From: an uncultured Candidatus Peregrinibacteria bacterium
Lineage (GTDB): Bacteria > Patescibacteriota > Gracilibacteria > UBA1369 > LOWO2-01-FULL-3
Assembly: GCA_903847465.1 (NCBI GenBank)
Contig: CAINDQ010000093.1
Coordinates: 1-54,580 of the forward strand
DNA: 54,580 nucleotides
Reading direction: 5' to 3'
In this document: positions 1-7,200 of the stretch, piece after piece
How positions within the stretch are numbered: position 1 is the stretch's first letter
Layout: each line of letters begins with the position of its first letter
Notes under the pieces: generated by a model
The model's database searches: none
Told to the model about the DNA's origin: nothing
The model's input: the letters and a program-made list of their open reading frames with translations, nothing else
Position numbers and translations under genes: made by a program

Positions 1-63
1 AATCTCTTGTATTTAGTGGTGGAATATATTATCTTCCACCTGCTTTTAGAAATAAAGGATTAT

Positions 64-140
64 GGAGCGGTAGTTCAGCTGGTTAGAACGCCACACTGTC
101 ACTGTGGAGGTCACGGGTTCGATCCCCGTCCGTTCCGCCA
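64..140 (+). tRNA. tRNA-Asp (anticodon GTC), CCA encoded
   Basis: 77-nt cloverleaf read by hand. Acceptor GGAGCGG/CCGTTCC (one G-U). D arm GTTC-AGCTGGTTA-GAAC. Anticodon arm CCACA-CTGTCAC-TGTGG, so positions 34-36 = GTC. Variable loop AGGTC. T arm ACGGG-TTCGATC-CCCGT. Discriminator G, then CCA. Confidence 0.95.
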
Positions 141-160
141 TAATAAAAGCCCGATAGCGG

Positions 161-355
161 TTATTTTTGCGAAATTGCGGATTTTAATATTTCCTCAAAA
201 ATTTCCTCTTCGCTTTTGGCTGGCTGAACATCGACGGGCCTTAAAGTAATAACGTCGTTTTCCGATACTAATGCAAACCAGCCGGTGCGACAGAGATTTT
301 TCAGCGTTTTCGGGATGGTAATTTGGAATTTTGGAGAGATTTTGATGAGTTTCAA
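161..355 (-). CDS. AbrB/SpoVT-family (MazE/VapB-like) DNA-binding protein, 64 aa, with no partner toxin gene
   Basis: The N-terminus MKLIKISPKFQITIPKTLKN matches the swapped-hairpin AbrB/SpoVT signature (K/R-I-x-x-x-x-Q-I/V-T-I-P). The C-terminus is acidic. Only 20 nt separate its stop from the tRNA, which leaves no room for a toxin. Confidence 0.7.
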   Translation of the reverse strand: MKLIKISPKFQITIPKTLKNLCRTGWFALVSENDVITLRPVDVQPAKSEEEIFEEILKSAISQK

Positions 356-387
356 GGTGTGTGTGGTTAGGTTGTTTTTGGGAATTG

Positions 388-470
388 GTAAAAAAGTAAA
401 ATTTTCCGATTTTTTTACTTTTTGGTTTTTTTACTTTTTTACTTTTTTACTTTTTTACAGATTTGCGATG
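388..470. repeat. AT-rich palindromic element (copy A, 388-418) followed by about 5 tandem TACTTTTT(T) units
   Basis: GTAAAAAAGTAAAATTTTCCGATTTTTTTAC occupies 388-418, with 8-bp inverted arms GTAAAAAA/TTTTTTAC. It continues as tttttggtttttttacttttttacttttttacttttttac. It lies 33 nt upstream of the AbrB-like start codon. Other copies are at 33947, 41795 and 53728. Confidence 0.85.
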
Positions 471-600
471 CGGGGTAGGGAGGACAGAGGGAGATTAGCA
501 GGCAAAGATAAAATTTTCTTAAAATATTTATAAAAAAATCATGAGAAAAATATGAGGAAAGAAAAAGAGGGGTGGCTAGGTTTGCGATGAGTGGTTTTTG

Positions 601-629
601 TTGACAAAAATGGCTTATTCTCTTATATT
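601..629 (+). promoter_or_regulatory. sigma70-like promoter candidate, TTGACA-17 nt-TATATT
   Basis: TTGACA at 601-606, a 17-nt spacer and TATATT at 624-629. It sits ~210 nt upstream of the 839 start, at the AT-to-GC composition boundary. Sequence pattern only. Confidence 0.4.
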
Positions 630-838
630 AGGCCCTTCCTTTTTCAGTAATAAATACTGCAAAAATATTTGCGCTGTTTGTTCGGGACGGAAGAAGACCG
701 TTGACAAGAAAGGTATTACCTTCCGAGAAGGGGAGTTGTAGGTGTCTGGCTTGTTGCCGGATATCCGAAGGTTCTTGCGAACCGAATCCCGATCTTTGGA
801 AGTAGCGATAACGGGCATGAGCCCAGAAGGAGAGAGCG

Positions 839-1468
839 ATGAACGGGCGGACGACGGACGAGGGAACGACGAACGAGGGCGGAGCGAAGAAGCCGATGAC
901 CCCGGAACGATGGAGTCTACGGCTGAAGATCGGAGCGGTGCTGGTGTTTCTGGCAATCGCGAGTTGGGCGGTGTGGAGCGCGGTGGGCATTTCCTACCGC
1001 AACCACGAGGCCCGAACGAGAAACTTGCACGCCACTCAGCAGGAGGTCGTAAAAATCTTCTTCGACAAGACCTGGAAGGTCGTGCGGCAGAAGGCCCAGA
1101 TCAAGCAGGAGTACGCCGCGGACTTCGAACGGATCTACGAGAAGATCATGAGCACTCGCTCGCAAGGCGGGGAGCTGATGAAGTGGATCCAGGAACACAA
1201 CCCGGAGTACGACTCCAGCGTCTCCAAGGACATCATGGTCGCAGTGGAGGCATTGAGGTCCGAACTCGCCAACGAGCAGAAGAAGCTCAAGAGTATCGAG
1301 CAACAGCATCGCAACTGCTACGACACGGCACCGTCGAACTGGTGGGTGAAGGAAGGTGACACGCCCGAGACCAAGAAGGTCGTGAGCATCATCATCACCT
1401 CCGCGAAGGCCGACGACGCGATGTCTACCGGTCACGAGGACAACGTGGACGTCTTCGACAAGAAGTAG
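839..1468 (+). CDS. LemA-like single-pass membrane protein (209 aa; alternative start at Met 896)
   Basis: It has one N-terminal TM helix (LKIGAVLVFLAIASWAVWSAVGI) directly followed by YRN. Helical segments follow whose spacing resembles LemA (Y-N after the TM, EYA...R, NPE, a late PSN motif, C-terminal VDVF). The resemblance is recalled from memory and was not aligned. Strong GC3 bias supports this frame over overlapping ORF 742..1359. Confidence 0.5.
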   Translation: MNGRTTDEGTTNEGGAKKPMTPERWSLRLKIGAVLVFLAIASWAVWSAVGISYRNHEARTRNLHATQQEVVKIFFDKTWKVVRQKAQIKQEYAADFERIYEKIMSTRSQGGELMKWIQEHNPEYDSSVSKDIMVAVEALRSELANEQKKLKSIEQQHRNCYDTAPSNWWVKEGDTPETKKVVSIIITSAKADDAMSTGHEDNVDVFDKK

Positions 1469-1478
1469 GAGGATCGAG

Positions 1479-2747
1479 ATGATCGCATGGCTGGCGATGG
1501 GCATACCTGTCCTCACCGTCATCGTTCTGCTCGTGTTCTTCCGTCGAAAGACTGTCGTGTGGGAATTTCTGATTCCATTCGTGGCATCGGTGATACTCAT
1601 CTTCCTCGGGAAATCCATTGTCGAGAAACTTCAAGTGAAGGACAATGAATTCTGGGGAGGACCAGCGGAGTACGCCGAGTTCTACGAAAGATGGGATGAG
1701 GAAGTTCCCTGCGTTCATGAGATTTCGTGTACGCACGAGATTCCGTGTTCGCATCGTGACAGCAATGGGAACGCCGTTCACAGCAACGACGGATACATGC
1801 ACAGCAACGATGGGTACTACCATCCGTATGACGTGGACGACCACCCTCCGGAATGGTACGTTCACGATTCCAACGGAATTCGACTCTCTACAAGCAGTGC
1901 AAAATTCGAGCATCTGGCGGAACTTTTCAAAAGTCGCCAGAAGGTCGATTTGCAACGCGATTACCACTCGATTGATGGGGACAAGTACGTCGCAACCTGG
2001 CCACGAACGGATGAAACGCTCGAGCCGGTCACGACCGAACATTCCTACGAAAATCGAGTTGCGGCCTCGGATAGCGTGATGAACTATCCGAAGGTCACCG
2101 AAGAAGAAGTCGCGCAGTACGGACTCTACGACTACCCGAAGATCACGGACTACTACTACCTGCCTTCCATTCTCGGCAACGGCGGTCCATCAACTCAGGA
2201 AGCGGAGAAGCTTCTGGGGATGTGGAACGCCAAACTGGGAGGACCGAAGCAGGTGCGCATGTGGATCCTGATCTTCAACGGAGGAGACATCGCAACCGGC
2301 CAGATGCAGGAAGCATTCTGGAAGGGAGCGAACAAAAACGAGTTCGTGATCACGATCGGACTCGACGGCCAAGGCAACACTGCCTGGACGTACGTCTTCT
2401 CCTGGAGCGAGTCCGAGCGGCTGAAGATCGAAACGAGAAACTTCGTCATCGAAGACCAGGGCAAACCTCTGGATCTCGTGAAGATCGTCAACTGGCTCGC
2501 ACCTGCCGTCAATGACCAGTTCGTTCGGAGAGAATTCGCGGAGTTTGACTACCTCGAAGTGACTCCTCCGGGCTGGGCACTGGCGCTGATCTTCATCGTG
2601 ACGTTCCTAGTGAACGTTGGATGCACCCTGTGGATCATCATGAACGAGTTCGAAGAGAACCTCACAGGAAGTATCCGGCAACTATGGAACGGCCGACGCA
2701 AATTCAACTGGCCCAGAGAATACAGCGGATACAGCGGAGACAACTGA
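1479..2747 (+). CDS. hypothetical membrane protein (422 aa) with two N-terminal TMs, a His/Asp/Cys-rich loop and a C-terminal TM
   Basis: GGAGG lies 8 nt upstream of the ATG and 10 nt after the upstream stop, so the layout looks operonic. TM helices: GIPVLTVIVLLVFF, FLIPFVASVILIFLG and WALALIFIVTFLVNVGCTLWIIM. GC3-rich codons. I recognise no family. Confidence 0.75.
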   Translation: MIAWLAMGIPVLTVIVLLVFFRRKTVVWEFLIPFVASVILIFLGKSIVEKLQVKDNEFWGGPAEYAEFYERWDEEVPCVHEISCTHEIPCSHRDSNGNAVHSNDGYMHSNDGYYHPYDVDDHPPEWYVHDSNGIRLSTSSAKFEHLAELFKSRQKVDLQRDYHSIDGDKYVATWPRTDETLEPVTTEHSYENRVAASDSVMNYPKVTEEEVAQYGLYDYPKITDYYYLPSILGNGGPSTQEAEKLLGMWNAKLGGPKQVRMWILIFNGGDIATGQMQEAFWKGANKNEFVITIGLDGQGNTAWTYVFSWSESERLKIETRNFVIEDQGKPLDLVKIVNWLAPAVNDQFVRREFAEFDYLEVTPPGWALALIFIVTFLVNVGCTLWIIMNEFEENLTGSIRQLWNGRRKFNWPREYSGYSGDN

Positions 2748-2797
2748 TCGCTGATGGGCCGTAACAGGAGGCTAAAGCCACGGACGCACCTTGGAAT

Positions 2798-2833
2798 AAG
2801 GGGGCGGCCGAGCTCGGCCGCCCCCTTATTTTG
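2798..2833 (+). terminator. rho-independent terminator
   Basis: AAGGGGGCGGCCG-AGCT-CGGCCGCCCCCTT forms a perfect 13-bp stem with a 4-nt loop, followed by ATTTT. It lies 50 nt after the stop at 2747. Confidence 0.85.
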
Positions 2834-2951
2834 AGATTTAGACTTACCTTTCTTGTCAACAAATCCAAACTCTTTACGAAGAGATTATTTTTTGTTATAT
2901 TTTTTAAAAGGCCAACGTACTAGAAGTGTTTGCGTAGAGATCACATAGCCA

Positions 2952-2979
2952 TTGACTTTTGAAGAAATTCGGTTATAAT
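2952..2979 (+). promoter_or_regulatory. sigma70-like promoter candidate, TTGACT-16 nt-TATAAT
   Basis: TTGACT at 2952-2957 and TATAAT at 2974-2979, ~27 nt upstream of the histidine kinase ATG. Confidence 0.5.
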
Positions 2980-3005
2980 ACCTTTCTTTAACTTAAGAAG
3001 TGCAC

Positions 3006-4112
3006 ATGGACACCAACGAAGAGTGTGGACAATTTGCAAAACTAAAAGAACTAGCTTCTATGGCAAGCCCTGAACTTATCTCTAGGGCAGTTTTGGAAAT
3101 GCCTGACATGAGATGTTTAGAGCTTTGCGGGGGAGTAAGAAAGGATTGCTTACAAGCTATTTTGCATCCTAAAGCAAAACCGACAGATAGTCCTGGTGAT
3201 GCTTTTTTAATAGAATCTGCCGGCAGTATTGAAGCTTTTTTTAGAGCTGGGGTGAATCCTGCCATCGAGCGATGTAAAAGAGACATGAGCGCATTGGCTA
3301 GGAGATTTAATGTATATTTACGACAAGGAATGCCAATTCCTGAACAAGAAATTGCGGAATATAAAAGAATTGCAGCATATTACGACAACGACATCGCCGC
3401 CATGTTTAACAATAATAATTTCATGAGAGGCGAAGGCGGAAATTTCGTTCTCACCGGACTTTTTCGAATGCTGGCTCATGACTTTAATAATCACGCCGCG
3501 GCGGCAATTGGATATTCTTCCATAGAGATAGACAAAGTTTCTGGTGGAAAAATCCCTGAAGATCTAACCTTTCATGATCATTACGACCAATTACCTCTTT
3601 TGCATATTGGTCCTGAAGAAGTACGTCTAATCCCTGACGATATCGCAAATTTAACCGGCCAAGCCGTAACAGCTTTCCAACAAAAAGAAGCAAGCAAATT
3701 GGCTCATCCTGTAAATATAATTAATCGACTTCCCCCTTCTGGATTAGGAAGTTTGTTTGCCAAAGTACATCCAAGAATATACACGGGTGGAGTAGGAGAG
3801 ATGCTGAGAAACGCCGGCCATGCGATGCTTCGTGAAGGTGGCAACGTTCTCGTTGAAGGAGGGCGTTTAAACGGAGATGTAGTTACGACTATTGAGGACG
3901 ATGGCATAGGAATGTCTAGAGAGCTAATCGCCAAGATACTGGGAAGTGGTAACCATAGTTCCAGAGCTGATGGGACTATAGGCACAGGAAGGGGACTTAA
4001 GTTGGCAAAGGCTTATATAGAAGAAGTTTTGGACGGAAGATTGCTCATAGAAAGCACTGTAGGCAGGGGCACAAAACTCTCGATAGTTCTTCCATTCGCG
4101 AGGGGAAACTAA
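3006..4112 (+). CDS. soluble sensor histidine kinase with an atypical N-terminal domain and no TM helix
   Basis: H-box LAHDFNNHAAAAIGY. HATPase_c motifs: N-box EMLRNAGHAM, G1 box IEDDGIGM, G2 box GTGRGLKLAKAY. The ORF opens at GTG 3000 and the first ATG is at 3006. Confidence 0.75.
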   Translation: MDTNEECGQFAKLKELASMASPELISRAVLEMPDMRCLELCGGVRKDCLQAILHPKAKPTDSPGDAFLIESAGSIEAFFRAGVNPAIERCKRDMSALARRFNVYLRQGMPIPEQEIAEYKRIAAYYDNDIAAMFNNNNFMRGEGGNFVLTGLFRMLAHDFNNHAAAAIGYSSIEIDKVSGGKIPEDLTFHDHYDQLPLLHIGPEEVRLIPDDIANLTGQAVTAFQQKEASKLAHPVNIINRLPPSGLGSLFAKVHPRIYTGGVGEMLRNAGHAMLREGGNVLVEGGRLNGDVVTTIEDDGIGMSRELIAKILGSGNHSSRADGTIGTGRGLKLAKAYIEEVLDGRLLIESTVGRGTKLSIVLPFARGN

Positions 4113-4270
4113 AATTTATTATCATTTGTAGTCGAATACGATATAGATAACGATCTTATTTTAACTTGAGTACTAGTTAAGAGTTTTATTTTTAATATTA
4201 CTTTTTCCCAAAAAGTCTGGTAGACTCCGTGTTAATATCAAAAAATATAAGCTTAACCTCTCAAGCTCTT

Positions 4271-7200
4271 ATGAAAAACTACAAACGTTTCGTTGCGCTA
4301 TGTTCAATTTTCGTGCTGATTTTCACATTAATTCCTACTGTTTTGGCTGGTGGAGCTCCTACCAGTGAGAACTTTACTGTTACTTTAGAAACTGGCAGTT
4401 CTAATGATGTTGTGAATGTTTATACTAGTCTGAATACGGAAGGGATGGAGGCTTTTCTTCAAGATACAAATGAGTGGGCTTTTAATGGAGTTCATCCATC
4501 GACCGCTGTTATGGAAGATGCAAATAATATTGTGTTAACTTTTGCTGAACCTGTTAATACTGCTCATACCTTAACTTTTTATCTTAGTGATTTAGGGGAA
4601 GGACTGACCGATTTAGAGTTGGCTGTTTTGGCTGGGCCGAGTGATGGAAACTTTGGTATATGGGAAGCTGGGTCAATGATTCCTCAGTTCCCTGCGTTTG
4701 CTGCTGTTATTACTTTCCAAGCGCCATCTACTCTCACTCCAAAGAATGCCAATACAACTTATACTTTAAGAGATGCGGATGGAGTGGTTGTATCGCAGAT
4801 AGATGTTGGCGATACTATTGATATGGGAGGTAGTGACGGTTTAATGCCGAGGGTGTTAGATGCTAGCCTAATGCAGTTGAGTCAAACTCCTGGGGAAATG
4901 TGGCTTTTGCTTTTTGATGAGGCTTCGGTCACGTCAACACCTGGATATACAATCGATGTTAATTGGGCAGGCACTACTCTAAGCACTGGGAACAGAGTTA
5001 TGAATATGCCTGGAATGATCGCAAGTTATATGGTGGAAACTCCTGTCGAATTCCCATATGTTTTTAAGTCACCAGATAGCGAGAACGAAGTTGCAATTTG
5101 GTTTCCATATACGGTCAATATCGCAGATTATGTTTCTACTTTTCCAGAGGGATATGTAAGTAATGTTGATGGGCAGAGCGTTATCGATTTTGGGTCAAAC
5201 GTAAGCTTCATATTAACGTTTGATGATCAACATATTTATCAAGAGGGAGACCTTTTTAGTTTTGGAGATTGGACTGATCTTCCAGTTCACAGTGTCTCGG
5301 ATTTTATGGCAGTGCAAACTGAAGTCGGGGGATTAGCCGACTCAATGTTTGGAAGTGGTAGTGGCTGTGACGGGTTTTGCTTGGACAGCTATGTGTTGAA
5401 ATACGACGAGAATCAAATAGTTAATACCATAAGAGTTGAGTTTACTGGTGGGCCTGTTGATAAGGCGTTTCTGGAGACGGTTAATAATTATAAGTATTAC
5501 AGTGATTCATGGGGAGATAATATCGTAATTGCTACGGCGCCAGAAGAATGTTCAAGCGATCCTTCGTGGGCTTATACATGCGTTGATGTGAAGGTTAATG
5601 GCTATCCTGGTTTAAGTCCGTATGGTTCTTACTTGAATGTAAAAACTGGAGATGAAGGTATTAAAAATACCTCTAATGAGACGTTGAATACGAATGATAA
5701 TAAATTTTCATGGACGTATTCTTCTGGTTCACCACGCCTTCTGCATGTAGCTGGAGGAGAGAATGGTTCTGCTTCTTATTATACAAATTCAAACAATAAA
5801 TTCCTTTATACAGAATACAGTGACGATGCTGGGAATATGGTGTGGATCATAGCTGATTCGTTTCAAGCAAATACTCCTGTTTATTATGGCCCTAATCAAT
5901 GGAATGGTGTCGAAGGGAGCGTGAACGGAGATGGATTGTATTTTACAAGTAGTGATAGGTCTGGTAGTCCCGTGGGGAGTTTGGCCTGCGAGAATAACGA
6001 ATGTGTTGCCAGTTGGATTGATGGTGCTTACGCTGGGACATATGGCAATTTGAGTTACAAGTATTCAAGTAGTATATATTTGTATTTTGGAAGCGGCAAC
6101 ACTCTTAGTGCGAATAACCTAGAGACGTCTTCAAATTATTCTATAACAATTCCATCAGGACCAAAAGCGGGGACATACAACCCTAGTGGCATCAGTGTTT
6201 ACGATTCTGACGTATATTTAAGCTTTGATTATAATTCTAACTTGGGTTTATTTAATGGCAATTTTGGCGCGGATGATTTTACTTTGAATGTACAGGGAGT
6301 ATGTGATGATCAATCTAACTGTGTAAATGAGAGTGTGGATTTTAGTGATTTTTTGCAGTCGGGAGGTAATGCTTATTATTACAATAGGCCTGGAGAATTA
6401 TTGATTTGGTCGATGGAACAGACGCCGAGTACTTCAGTGACGGTTTTGGTGAACGATGGTGATTCTGCTGAGGGCACGCCTGCGGAAGATACAGGCATGT
6501 ATACAATTTTAAGAGATGGTGACACGACAGATCCTTTGACGGTTTATTTCACGATGAGCGGTGCTACGAATGGAGTGGATTACAATCTTACGTTGGGCGA
6601 TGAACCAGTTGCGAACTCGGTTGTTATCCCAGCTGTTGCAAGTGGGGTGAACATTATGTTAACGCCGATTGATGATGACTCAATAGAAGGTCCTGAAACG
6701 GCAACTTTGACAGTAAATAGGGCTGAAGGCTACTTGATAACGACGCCATATTCAGCAGACGTAACTATTACCGATAATGATTTCCCTCATGTCTCAATCA
6801 CTGCATCGGATCTATATGGAGCCGAGATTGGTGGAGAGAGTGAAGAGCTTGGTGATCCTTTTGTATTCACGGTATCTCGTGAGGGCAGTACCGATCAGGC
6901 TTTAGAATTAGCGCTTTCTATAGATGGAACGGCAACGCTTGATACAGATTATACTTGCTCAAATACATCATCCATAACCATCCCTGAAGGAGAATCATCA
7001 GCGACTATAACATGTACGCCTATAGATGATTTGGACGCAGAAGGAGTTGAGAATGTGGAAATGTCTATAGTTCCAGCGGAAGGAATTTACGAGGCGATAA
7101 ATGCGACTGCTACGGCATATATCGTGGACGAAGATGGCACTGGAAATGATATCGTATCTGTAACATCTGACAACGCTTCTATTGTCGAAAATGGCGGCAC

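Larger units (their letters stand above)
600..2835 (+). other. GC-rich compositional island 1: a two-gene membrane-protein operon
   Basis: A hand count of line 1141-1200 gives 33/60 G+C, against 19/60 for a typical backbone line (24001-24060). Codons in the two ORFs end overwhelmingly in G/C. The island is bounded by a promoter-like site at 601 and a perfect GC hairpin terminator at 2798. Confidence 0.7.

Noticed and set aside
7-249. 80-aa plus-strand ORF
   Set aside because: It runs straight through the tRNA-Asp gene (64-140) and has no SD or protein-like features. It is an artefact of ORF calling.
285-533. 82-aa plus-strand ORF
   Set aside because: It overlaps the AbrB-like gene antisense and then translates the T-rich tandem repeat into F/T/L runs. 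It has no coding signal.
615-2079. Alternative-frame and antisense ORFs in island 1 (615..956, 628..990, 742..1359, 917..1618, 1425..2042, 1645..2079)
   Set aside because: GC-rich DNA lacks stop codons in several frames. Only frames 839..1468 and 1479..2747 show G/C-ending codons, TM helices and an SD. The others give Arg/Pro/Ser-rich, nonsense-like sequence.
64-2835. tRNA-anchored integrative island or prophage remnant
   Set aside because: There is no integrase or recombinase. No direct repeat of the tRNA 3' end is found near 2830-3000. The AbrB-like gene and an AT-rich native-looking spacer separate the tRNA from the GC-rich block. Horizontal origin stays plausible, but the tRNA linkage is unsupported.
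2834-2846. 13-nt AGATTTAGACTTA found just after island 1 (2834-2846) and again at 41893-41905 after island 2
   Set aside because: A 13-mer match is expected on the order of tens of times by chance in 54.6 kb (N^2/2 divided by 4^13). It lies 1 nt after island 1 but ~195 nt after island 2. This is not convincing as an att-like boundary.
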